Assembly (NCBI GenBank): GCA_030390025.1
Contig: CM059433.1
Location: 15,502,001 to 15,566,000, forward strand
Direction of reading: 5' to 3'
Length of the DNA: 64,000 nt
Source of the DNA: Squalus acanthias
Taxonomy: Eukaryota
The notes below the pieces were generated by a model. The model saw only the letters and a program-made list of their open reading frames with translations. It was not told the origin of the DNA and did no database searches. The first letter of the stretch is position 1. Each line of letters begins with the position of its first letter. A program made the translations under genes and the position numbers. This document shows, piece after piece, positions 1 to 11,823 of the stretch.

Positions 1-119
1 TTAAACCGAGGCCCCGTCTACCCTCTCAGGTCGAAGTAAAAGATCCTGTAGCACCAGTCAATGAAGAGCAGGGGTTCTGGCCAGTACTTATCCCTTAACC
101 AACATCACTAAAAACATTA

Positions 120-1059
120 ATACAAAAGCAAAATACTGTGGATGCTGGAAATCTGAAATAAAAACAGAAAATGCTGGAAAAACTCAGCAGGTCAGGCAGC
201 ATCTGTGGAGAGAGAAACAGTTAACGTTTCAGGTCGATAACCCTTTGTCAGAACTGGAAAAAGCTGGAGATGTATCAGATTTTAAGCAAGGGGAGGGGGG
301 GGGGGAAGAACAAAAGGGAAGGTCTGTGATAGGATAGAAGGCAGGAGAAATTAAGAGACATTGAGATGGTGCAAAGCAATAGGAGATGGTAATGGGACAA
401 GTTAAGAAACAAAAGATGGCTCATGATGAAGATGGCTCATGATGAAGTGTAAATGGCACTGGCAGAATGAAAGACAGCTACCATGTGGGAGAGAGAAGGA
501 AAAAAAATAAGATAAAATAAATGGAAAAGAAAGGATAGGGGCAGAGGTTATGGTCTGAAATTGTTGAACTCTATGTTGAGTCCAGAAGGCTGTAAAGTGC
601 AGAATCAAAAGATGAGGTGCTGTTCCTCAAGCTTACGTTGAGCTTCATTGGAACAGTGTAAGAGGACGGTGAGGTCCGAGTGGGAATGGAGCGGAGAATT
701 AAAGTGACAGGCGACCGGAAGCTCGGGGTCACCCTTACGGTCTGAACGGAGGTGTTCCGCAAAGCGGTCACCCAATCTGCGTTTGGTCGCCCCAGTGTAG
801 AGGAGACCGCATCGTGAGCAGCGAATACAGTATACTAAATTGCAAGAAGTACAAGTGAATCGCTGTTTCACCTGGAAGGAGTATTTGGGGCCCTGGACAG
901 TGAGAAGGGTGGAGGTAAAAGGGCATATGTTGCATCTCCTGCACTTACACGGGAAGGTGCCGGGGGAAGGGGTGTTGGGGGTGATAGAGGAGTGGACCAG
1001 GGTGTCGCGGAGGGAGCGGTCCCTTCGGAATGCTGAAAGAGGGGGGAGGGGAAGATGTG
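120..1059 (-). mobile_element. Penelope-like element 3' arm (GIY-YIG endonuclease + tail), inverted
   Basis: ORF 605-1144(-) has CxxC ... VYCIRCSRCGLLYTG.TKRRLGDRFAEH (GIY-YIG type). It is the reverse complement of ~2600-3506. Confidence 0.9.
218..257 (-). ncRNA. Hammerhead ribozyme copy with mutated core (CTGACAA)
   Basis: Reverse complement reads ccagtt-CTGACAA-agggttatcgacct-GAAACGTT-aactg; the core G is changed to A. Confidence 0.65.
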
Positions 1060-3506
1060 AAGGCCTGAGCTTCATCCCCTTACGCCCCCATCTCAATGAA
1101 TTTTGAGCTCGGCCCACTTCTTTGGCCAGGTGTCTTCCCCCCACACAGCTGACCCTTTCTCCCGGTTTTAGAATTCTCGTTCTACCTGGACCCCTCCCTC
1201 TGGCCTCATAACCTTTCTAGATCTTTTCATTGCAAGCTGCCAGTGTGACATCGGCCGTCTCAATTTCTCTGCTCCCCTCACTCGCTCCAACCTACCTCCC
1301 TCTTAACTTGCAGCACTCCATTCTTTCCGATCCAACCCCAACATTGTCATTAAACCTGCTGACAAGGGTGGTGCTGTTGTTGTTTGGCGAACTGACCTCT
1401 ACCTAGCGGAGGCTGAATGGCAACTCTCCGATACCTCCTACCTCCGCCTGGACCATGACCCCACTACCGAGCATCAAGCCACCGTTTCCCAGACCGACAC
1501 TGACCTCATCTCCTCTGGAGATCTTCCCTCCACGGCCGCCAATCTCCTAGTTCGTCAACCCCACACAGCCTGCTTCTACCTCCTTCCCAAGATCCGCAAA
1601 CAGGACTGCCCTCGTAGACCCATCGTTTCAGCCTGTTCTTGCCCCACGGAACTTATCTCTTCCTATCTCGACTTTTTTTCTCCCCTTGTCCAGTCTTTTC
1701 CCACCTACATCCGCGACTCTTCCGACGCCTTCCGCCACTTTAACAGTTTCCTGTTTCCTGGCCCCAACCATCTCTTTTCACTGGACGTCCAATCCCTCTA
1801 CACCTCCATCCCCCACCAGGATGGCCTGAGGGCGCTCCGCTTCTTCCTTGAACAGAGGCCAAACCAGTCCCCATCCACCACCCTCCTCCGCCTGGCTGAA
1901 CTTGTTCACACATTGAACAACTTCTCCTTTGACTGCACTCCCTTCCTCCAAATTAAAGGTGTTGCTATGGGAACCCGCATGGGTCGCAGTTATGCCTGCC
2001 TTTTCGTGGGATATGTGGAACATTCTTTGTTCCAGTCCTACTCAGGTCCCCTCCTTCACCTCTTTTTCCGGTACATTGATGACTGTATCGGTGCTGTTTC
2101 CTGCTCTCGCCCTGAACTAGAAAATTTCATTCACTTTGCTTCCAATTTCCACCATTCCCTCACCTTCACATGGTCCATCTCCGACTCTTCCCTTCCCTTC
2201 CTCGACTTCTAGGTCTCCATCTCTGGGGATAGGCTATTGACAAACATTCACTACTCCCACAGCTACCTGGACTACACTTCCTCCCACCCTGCTTCCTGTA
2301 AGGACTCTATTCCATTCTCCCAGTTTCTCCGTCTCTGCCGCATCTGCTCTGATGATGCCACCTTCCATACTAGTGCTTCCGATGTCTTCCTTTTTCCTCA
2401 ACCGAGGATACCCTTCTACTGTGGTTGACACGGCCCTTGACCGTGTCCATTCTATTTCCCGCACTTCTGCTCTCGCCCCTTCCCCTCCCTTCCGGAACCA
2501 CGATAGGGTTCCCCTTGTCCTCACCTTTCACCCCACCAACCTCCACATTCAACGGATCCTCCACCATTTCCGCCACCTCCAGCATGATCCTACCACCAAA
2601 CACATCTTCCCCTCACCTCCCCTTTCAGCATTCCGAAGGGACCGCTCCCTCCGCGACACCCTGGTCCACTCCTCTATCACCCACAACACCCCTTCCCCCT
2701 CGCCCGGCACCTTCCCGTGTAAGCGCAGGAGATGCAACGCATGCCCTTTTACCTCCACCCTTCCCACTGCCCAAGGCCCCAAACACTCCTTCCAGGTGAA
2801 ACAGCGATTTACTTGTACTTCTTGTAATCTAGTATACTGTATTCGCTGCTCACGATGCGGTCTCCTCTACATTGGGGAGATCAAACGCAGATTGGGTGAC
2901 CGCTTTGCGGAACACCTCTGTTCAGTCCGTAAAGGTGACTCCGAGCTTCCGGTCGCCTGTCACTTTAATTCTCCGCTCCACTCCCACTCAGACCTCACCG
3001 TCCTCGGCCTCTTACACTGTTCCAATGAATCTCAACGTAAGCTCGAGGAACAGCACCTCATCTTTCGATTAGGCACTTTACAGCCTTCGGGACTCAACAT
3101 AGAGTTCAACAATTTCAGACTATAACCTCTGCCCCTATCCTTTCTTTTCCATTTATTTTGTCTTTTGTTTTCTTCTTCTCTCCCACATGGCAGCTGTCTT
3201 TTATTCTGCCAGTGCCATTTACACTTCATCTAGAGCCATCTTTTGTTAACTTGCCCCATTATCATCTCCTTTTGCCTTGCACCATCTCTTAATCTCTCCT
3301 GCCTTCCACCCTATCACAGACCTTCCCTTTTGTTCTTTCCTCCCCTCCCCCCTTTCCCTGCCCCTGCACTTGCTTAAAACCTGTTCCATCTCCAGCTTTC
3401 TCCAGTTCTGACGAAGGTTCATCAACCTGAAACGTTAACTCTGTTTTTCTCTCTCCACAGACGCTGCCTGACCCGCTGAGTATTTCCAGCATTTTCTGTT
3501 TTTATT
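1060..3506 (+). mobile_element. 5'-truncated Penelope-like retroelement (RT + GIY-YIG), disrupted ORF
   Basis: Motifs KGLSFIP, KPADKGGAVV, DVQSLYTSIP, GVAMGTRMG, RYIDD (1913-2212), then GIY-YIG ORF 2352-3125; frameshifts and stops present. Confidence 0.92.
3402..3443 (+). ncRNA. Minimal type-I hammerhead ribozyme in PLE 3' tail
   Basis: cagtt-CTGACGA-aggtt(catc)aacct-GAA-ACGT-T-aact: intact core, 5-bp helix II, palindromic loop-less helix III, GUU cleavage triplet. Confidence 0.8.
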
Positions 3507-3622
3507 ATCACTAAAAACATTATCTGGGAATTACCACATTGCTGTTTGTGGGAGCTTGCTGTCCGCAAATTGGCTGCCACGTTTCCTACTTTACAACAGC
3601 GACTACACTTCAAAAATACATT

Positions 3623-4380
3623 GGCCCGTATTTTCCGATCAGAGGCTTCCTGCGTGCGGAGGCCTCCGATCTGGAAAAAATCTACGGACTTACCTGAGGG
3701 CTCCCGAGGTCCGGACACTTCCGCTCCTGGGCCTCTCCAACTCCAAGTGCGCAGGGCCCACATATCCCAGAGGCGCAGGCGGTTCGCAAGCATCCCTGGG
3801 ATCACGTGGGCCATGGGGAGCCAATCAAAGAAGGGAATCTCCCTTCATACACTTGACAGAGAGACCTGTCAAATATCTGAATGGAGATCACCCCAAAAAC
3901 ACTGTAAAACATTAAATCAATTTTTTTTAAATTCACATTTTTAAAATGAGTTGAAATTACAATAAATTAAATATTTTAAACAAAAATGTAATGTTTTGAA
4001 AAAAATAATTAAAGTTTTTTATGGGGCTAAAAATAAACTTGCCTTTGTTAAAAGTATTTTTAAATGATTGAGCGAAAAAATTGTTTTTTTTCTAAACTTG
4101 TTTTCAACTCTTATGCTGGTAAAAGCAGGCCTTACGCTGCTTTTACCAGGCGTAAGATTTCTAAGGGTTTTCTGCGGGCGGAGGGTCTCCAGAAAGTGGA
4201 ACTCTCCCCCCGCGGAGGCCCTTCTCCAGGGCAGGCGTCCGATCTGTCGAGAGCATTCTTTACAGATCGGAAATGCCGGTTTTCAGCGCGTGCGCTTGGC
4301 ATGCCTGAAACCGGCATTTCCGATGTCCCTACGGGTGTGTACACCGCGTACCCACCCGTAGGGGATGGAATATTCGGCCC
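3623..4380. mobile_element. Non-autonomous Harbinger-type MITE, 758 bp, ATT TSD
   Basis: TIRs ggcccgtattttcc / ggaatattcggccc; ATT on both sides; interrupts the SINE at aatac|att|ggctg. Confidence 0.85.
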
Positions 4381-4919
4381 ATTGGCTGTAAAGTGCTTTG
4401 GGACATCCAGAGTTTGTGAAAGGTGTGGTAGAAATGCAAGTCCGTCCTTGTTTTGCCCATTTGTATTGGACACTGCTGCGATGATCAGCAGTAAAGTTGT
4501 TGAAGGATCACAAACTCTTGTTTAGCAGTGGTCCTTGATACCAAAATGCGATTATTGTATGTGCGCGTGTCCCCACCCTGCGTCCCTTCTCTGCAAGAAG
4601 AAGTAGTGGGGAATGGAACCGCTCTGGGTCAGTCCTTTGGTGGCCTCAAGTTTTTAGCATTGGTGTGAAGCAGTGATGGTTTTGCACCGACGCTGAACTT
4701 GTAGAGTTTAAATCACTTGTCCTGGTCCTAACTGACCCTGAACTGAAGCGGAGTGAGACATCCTGCTCCAGGGAGTTTTGTTTCTGTACGCTCTGTTGTC
4801 AGCTCAGTCTGTGAATCTGGACGTGGGCTGCAATTACACTTTAGCTGCAGTGTCAGTGTTATACAAAACTACTACGTAGGAGTGTGAGTAACAACCATTT
4901 TGTAAAAGTTATATGGTTT

Positions 4920-6777
4920 ATAGAACATAAGAATTAGGAGCAGGAGTAGGCCATACGGCCCTTTGAGCCAGCACCGCCATTCAGGAAGATCTTGGCTGAT
5001 CTTCGACCTCAACTCCACTATCCCCATATCCCTTGATTCCCCTAGAGTCCAAAAATCGAACTATCTTAGCCATGAATATACTCAACGACTCCGCATCTAC
5101 AGCCCTTTCGGGTAGAAAATTCCAAAGATTCACAACCCTCAGTGAAGAAATTCCTCCTCATCTTAGTCTTAAATGGCTGACTCCTTATCCTGAGACTATG
5201 CTCCCAAGTTCTAGACTCTCCAACCAGGGGAAACAACCTCTCAGCATCTACCCTGTCAATCCCCCTTAGAATCTTGAATGTTTCAATGAGATCATCTCTC
5301 ATCTTACTAAACTCCAGAGAGTATAGGTTCAATCTCTCCTCTGTAGGACAACCCTCTCATCCCAGGGATCAATCTGGTGAACCTTTGTTGCACCGGCTCA
5401 AAGGCAAGTGCATCCTTTCTCAGATAAGGAGACCAAAACTATGCACAGTACTCCAGGTGTGGTCTCACCAAAGCCCTGTACAATTGTGGTAAAACTTCCT
5501 TACTATTGTACACCAATCCCCTTGCAATAAAGGCCAACATGCCATTTGCCTTCCTAATTGTTTGCTGTACCTGCATACTAACTTTCTGTGTTTCCTGCAC
5601 GCGGACACCTAAATCTCTCTCAACACCAACATTTGAAAGTTTCTCACCTTAGAAAAACAGAATTTTTTTTTTTTTTTTATTCTTCCTACCAAAGTGAATA
5701 ACCTCACATTTCCCTACATTATACTCCATCTGCCACCTTACTGCCCACTCACTTAGTCTATCTATATCCCTTTACAGACTCTTTGTGTCCTCCTCACAGC
5801 TTACTGTCCCACCTAGCATTGTATCGTCAGCAAACTTGGATACATTGCACTTGGTCCCTTCATCTGAGTCATTAATATAGATTGTAAATAGCTGAGGCCC
5901 AAGCACTGATCCTCGCGGCACCCCACTAATTACAGTCTGCCAACCGGAAAATGACCCATTTATCCCCACTCTCTGTTTATGTCCGTTAAGCAATCTTCTA
6001 TCCATGCGAATATATTACCCACAACCCCATGAGTCCTTATCTTGCGTAGCAACCTTTTATGTGGCACCTTATCGAATGCCTTTTGGAAATCCAAATATAC
6101 TACATCCACTGGTTCCCCTTTATCTACCCTGCTAGTTACGTCCTCAAAAAACTCTAATAAATTTGTTAAACACGATTGCCCTTTCATAAAACCATGTTGA
6201 CTCTGCTTAATCATATGATTTTCTAAGTGCCCTGTTGCCACTCTTAATAGTGGATTCCAGCATTTTCCTGATGACTGATGTCAGGCTAACTGTAGTTCGC
6301 TGTTTTCTCTCTTGCATAGCGGGGTTGTGTTTGCTATCTTCCAATCCGCTGGGATCGTTCTAGAATCTAGGGAATTTTGGAAGATCACAGCCAATGCATC
6401 CACTATCTCTGCAGCCACCTCTTTTAGAACCCTAGGATGTACTTTAAGTTCCTCACTCTTATTAGCCCTTTGGTTCCCTGCTATTTTTTGTCTTCTACTG
6501 CGAAGACAAATACAAAATATTTGTTTAAAGTCTCTGCCATTTCCTTATTCCCCATTATAATTTCACCTGTCTCAGCCTCTAAGGAACCAACACTTACTTT
6601 TGCTACTCTCTTCCTTTTTGCATACTTGTAGAAGCTCTTGCAATCTGTTTTTATATATCTTGCTAGTTTACTCTCATTCTATTTTCTCCCTTTTTATCAA
6701 TTTTTTGGTCATCTTTTGCTGGTTTCTAAAGCTCTCCCAATCCTCCGGCTTACTACTATTCTTTACAGCATTATAAG
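4920..6777 (-). mobile_element. CR1 LINE, 5'-truncated, degenerate
   Basis: RT peptides YLDFQKAFDKVPH, SGVPRGSVLGPQLF, KFADDT; CR1 3' tail (reverse of ttctatg-type repeat) at ~4920. Confidence 0.9.
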
Positions 6778-9045
6778 CCTCCCCCACCCAACCCTACTTC
6801 CTTCTGTGTCCATCCCTGGAAAAAAAACTCTCTCAACTGCATTTACAAAATCCCAAATGTCCAGCCTTTGGCCCTCCATTCACCACGACATTTCTGCAGC
6901 TACCGGTCTGCTCAACCACACCCTCACCACCACCTTTGATGCCCTAGTCCCGATGAAAACCATTAGTCTCCTTCACCCTGGCCATTCCCCCTGGTATGGC
7001 CCTCATCCTCGCTCCCTCAAATCCAAGGGATGCAGACTTGAACGGATATAGCGGACAACTGGTTTAGCCATTCACCGCCAGATCTGGCTGGACCACATAA
7101 AGCATTATCAGGTCCTACTCTTGTCTGCCAAAACTGCTCACTATTCCAGGATCATTCTGGAATGCAAAGATAACCCCCGGCTACTATTATCTACGGCTAA
7201 CCGTCGTCTTAAACCCCTCGCCCCTGTCTCCTCCACACTCGCCTTCAACAAGAAGTGCGAGTAGCTCATGGACTTCTTTGTCTCTAAGATTGAGATTAAC
7301 TGCCTCTGCCACTTCCCTTCCTTCCCCTAGCCCACCGGGCCAAACTTCCTCTAAAGATCTCTGCTCTAGCCCTGAACTTGCATCTTTCTCCAGTTTCTCT
7401 CCGATCTCTTGACCTCTCCATGCTCATCTTGTCCATGAGACCCGCTTCCTGCTCCCTTGACCCTATTCCCACTAAACCGCTGATCACCCAACTTCCTTTT
7501 CTGGCTCCCATGTTAGCTGACATTGTTAATGGTTCGCTCTCCTCAGGTACTGTCCCCCTCTCCCTCAAATCTGCTGGCATCACCCCTCTCCTCAAAAAAC
7601 AACCCTTGACCCCCCCCCCCCTCTGTCCTTGCAAACTACCGCCCCATCTCCAACCTCCCTTTCCTCAAGTCCTTGTATGTGTTGTCACCTCCCAAATTCG
7701 TGCCCATCTTTCCCGCAACTCCATGTTTGAATCCCTCCAATCAGGTTTCCGCCCCTGCCACAGTACCGAAACGGCTCTCATCAAAGTCACAAATGACATC
7801 CTTTGTGACTGTGACAAAGGTAAACCATCCCTCCTTGTCCTTCTCGACCTGTCTGCAGCCTTTGACACGGTTGACCACTCCATCCTCCTCCAACGCCTCT
7901 CCACCATCGTCCAGCTGGGTGGGACTGCACTCACCTGGTTCCATTCTTATCTATTTAATCGTAGCCAGAAAATCATCTGCAATGGCTTCTCTTCCCACTC
8001 CTGCATTGTTACCTCTGGTGTCCCCCAAGGATCTATCCTTGGCCCCCTCCTATTTCTCATCTATATGCTGCCCCTTGGCGACATCATCCAAAAACACAGT
8101 GTCAGTTTCCACATGTATGCTGAAGACACCCAGCTCTACCTCACTACCTCTTCTCTCAACCCCTCCACTGTCTCTAAATTGTCAGACTGCTTGTCCGACA
8201 TCCAGTACTGGATGAGCAGAAATTTTCTCCAATTAAATATTGGGAAGACTGAAGCCATTGTCTTCGGTCCCCACCACAAACTCCGTTCCCTAGCCACCGA
8301 CTCCATCCCTCTCCCGAGCATCTGTCTGAGGCTGAACCACACTGTTCGCAACCTTGGTGTCATATTTGACCCTGAAATGAGCTTCCGACCACAAATCCAT
8401 GGCATAACTAATATCGCCTATTTCCACCTCCGTAACATTGTCTGTCTCCGCCCCTGCCTCAGCTCCTCCTCTGCTGAAACCCTCATCCATGCCTTTGTTA
8501 CCTTTTAGACTTGACTAATCTAACGTACGCCTGGCTGGCCTCCCACATTCTACCCTACGTAAACTTGAGGTCATCCAAAACTCGGCTGCCCGTGTCCTAA
8601 CTCGCACCAAGTCCCGTTCGCCCATCACCCCTGTGCTCGCTGACCTACATTGGCTCCTGGTTAAGCAACGCCTCGATTTCAAAATTCTCATCCTTGTTTT
8701 CAAATCCCTCCATGGCCTCACCCCTCCCTATCTCTAATCTCCTCCAGGCCCCCCCCCCCCCCCCCCCCGAAGATATCTGCACTCCTCAAATTCTGCCGTC
8801 TTGACCATCCCTGATTATAATCGCTCAACTATTGGTGGCTGTGCCTTCAGTCGTCTAGGCCCAACACTCTGGAATTTGCTCCCTAAACCCCTCCACCTCC
8901 CTCTCCTTTCATTGCCCTCTCTAAAATGTACATCTTTGACCAAGCTTTTGGTGATGCCTCCAAAATTGTCTTGGCGTCCATTTTTGTCTGATAGCGCCCT
9001 GAGACATTTTTCTATGTTAAAAGCATTATATAAATGAAAATTGTT
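6778..9045 (+). mobile_element. L2 LINE, 5'-truncated
   Basis: ORF 7378-8508 with QSGFRPCHSTETAL, LLDLSAAFDTVDH, GVPQGSILGPLLF, YAEDTQLY; L2-type tail ending 'tataaatgaaaattgttg'. Confidence 0.9.
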
Positions 9046-10834
9046 GTACTTCTGTGCAGCAGTGATTTTTTTTCACTGCACAAATTCTCTGAACTCTTAA
9101 TTTGTTCTTCTGTGCTAAAGTAAAAATCGACCCGTCAGCCAAAGCAATCATTTTGTAATTAAATCTGTTTGTGAGATGCTGCTGCTCATTCCTACAGCAT
9201 GCAGCCTAATACCTCTTGCACAACTATATTTGGAGTTGCAGGTTCGGGCTACTCTCCACTCTCATTGCTTTTGATCTGCACTTTCTGTAAAAGCCAGCTT
9301 CTATAAAAAATTAAGCTGAACAGTGAGCCCTTTTACCACTTGGGGAACTATTAATAAGCATGTTAAGTATTTTTTAAATGATAATATGTAGCTGAAGCAT
9401 ACATGGTGTATATGGCAAAAAAATTGGCGCTTCTTTTTAAACAGTCTCCAGAGAGTCCGCGATAGCGTAAGCAGTTTTAACCAATATGTACTGTGCCCAT
9501 TTTGGGTTGACTATGGTGTGGCTCCCTCTAGTTCAACTGTCCCAGTGAAAGGTGGAGTTACAGAAGTAGACTTCATTTATTAATGAGTGAAAATTACTAC
9601 TAAAGATTACAGAAAACAGGAGAGTTAATTTAATAATTTATTGTTTATTTACTTGGGGACCTTCAAGAGCCATAAATAGCGTTACGCTAATGGTCTCTAC
9701 GTGAGACATGAATTATGTCTGTTCTATTGGTAGTCAGTTATTTTAGTTCATCTGCTGATGTCAGCACTTTTTTTTTGTCTTGTTTGTATTGACTGAAAAT
9801 GAGACTCTGGACAATGCTGCAAATAGCATTGCTGATGGAGCTAGAGTCATAGTTATACAGCACAGAAAGAGGGCCTTCGGCCCATTGTGTCCACGCCAGC
9901 CATCAAGCCCGATCTATTCTAATCCCATTTTCCAGCACTTGGTCCGTAGCCTTGTATGCTATGGCGTTTCAAGTGCTCATCTAAATGCTTCTTGAATGTT
10001 GAGGGTTCCTGCCTCTACCACCCTTTCAGGCAGTGAATTCCAGATTCCAACCACCCTCTGGGTTAAAAAGTTTTTCCTCAAATCCCCTCTAAACCTCCTG
10101 CCCCTTACCTTGAAACTATGCCCCCTGGTTATTGCCCCCTCTACTAAGGGGAAAAGTTCCTTTCTATCTACGCCCCTCATAATTTTGGAGCATGGTACAT
10201 CGGCGAGACCATGCAGACACTGCAACAACGTATGAACGGACACCGCGCAACAATCGCCAGGCAGGAGTGTTCCCTCCCAGTCGGGGAACACTTCAGCAGT
10301 CAAGGACATTCAGCCTCCGATCTTCGGGTAAGCGTTCTCCAAGGCGGCCTTCAAGACACACGACAACGCAAAATCGTCGAGCAGAAACTGATAGCCAAGT
10401 TCCGCACCCATAAGGACGGCCTCAACCGGGATCTTGGGTTCATGTCACGCTACATGTAACCCCACCTGACGTAGAGTCATGCAGACTCGAGTCGTCGTTG
10501 GCTTGTTCTCTCTACACAGATGTGGCCGGACCTGCTGTGATTTCCAGCAAAAAAAAGTTTTTTGTTTTCCATACAGACCCCAGCATCTGCCACATTTGAC
10601 CCCTTGTGACCCCACCTCATTGTCTTTGATGTAATGTTTTCCTGACTGACCTGTTTGGACACCATCCACACCTTTGATTGCCGTGATTATCTCTCTGCCG
10701 AGGTGTGATAAAGGGCAGTTAGAAAGATTAACTGCAATCATCTGGCAGTGTTCTCTGACTATATATGCTGTCATGATGTGGAGATGCCGGCATTGGACTG
10801 GGGTGGACAAAAATGTCTTGGCTGTGCTCTTAGT

Positions 10835-11573
10835 GGCCCAGAAATTAAACACTGAGCGTTCCTGCGGGGGTAAGGCTTCCCCGCGATATCTCACTGCGCG
10901 CCTACCTTTTCCCTCCTGGCCCACAAGAACTTTAGTTTCAAGGCTGCAGCTGTGCAGTGCTTGCGTGACTCACAGACGCAGTTAGTTCGTGCGAGCTCTG
11001 GGATCACGTGATTCAGTTAGAGCCAATGGCAGCACACCATCTTTCATTCATAGTTTTGACAGGAGAACTGTCAAAGCTATGAATACAACTTACCCCCAAA
11101 AGAACAGCTAAACCTCAATTATTTTTTTTTAAAAAACCATCGCATTAATAAAATAACTATAGTTAAATAAATTAACCACTTTAAACAAAAATTTAAATTT
11201 TTGAAAAAATGTAAAATCTTTTTAAAAGTTATAAAAAATAAACTTACCTTTAAAGTCTCTAAAAAAGATAAACCTGTTGAAAAAAAATTAAAATAATACT
11301 TAATTAACTACTTACCTTGTTAAAAGAGGATCTTACGCCTCCTTTCTTTGTGTAAAATCTTCCACGCTTACCTGTGCGTTCAAAGCACTAAGTGCACTTT
11401 GTGCGCGCAGCCTGTAGCGCGCACACGGTTCACTTAGGAACCGCCCCCTTTTGAGTTCACGAAGTGCCGGTTTCCCGCGCATGCGCAGTGCATGCTGGAA
11501 ACCGGCAATTGCAGACCTAAAATGCGAGAGTACACAGTGCGTACTCTCGCGTATTAGGTCTAATTTTCGGGCC
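10835..11573. mobile_element. Harbinger-type MITE, 739 bp
   Basis: TIRs ggcccagaaatta / taattttcgggcc; flanks AGT/AAT; reverse-complement relative of 62520-63263. Confidence 0.85.
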
Positions 11574-11664
11574 AATGTGTCTTTGATGTAGGGAAAGATT
11601 GAATCTCTGCATTTTCTCTGTGTTTATATTCTGTGAATTCTGGTAGATTGTCTCACAGTAACTC

Positions 11665-11823
11665 TACCTGAAGAAGGGGCAGGATAGCTCCGAAAGCTTG
11701 TAATTTTAAATAAATCTGTTGGACTATAACCTGGTGTTGTGCGACTTCTCATTTATATATGCTGTGCCTATATACATCTCTTCACTTCACCTGACGAAGG
11801 AGCAGCGCTCCGAAAGCTTGTGA
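11665..11823 (+). ncRNA. Two tandem minimal hammerhead ribozymes
   Basis: tac-CTGAAGA-a-ggggc(aggata)gctcc-GAA-AGCT-T-gta (11665-11702) and tcac-CTGACGA-a-ggagc(agc)gctcc-GAA-AGCT-T-gtga (11787-11823). Confidence 0.8.

Larger units (their letters stand above)
1..4445 (+). mobile_element. Deu-domain SINE split into three pieces (1-119, 3507-3622, 4381-~4445) by later PLE and MITE insertions
   Basis: 'ttaaaccgaggccccgtc...aaaagatcc...gaagagcagggg' continues after each insertion and aligns by eye with the intact copy at ~61010-61410. Confidence 0.8.
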
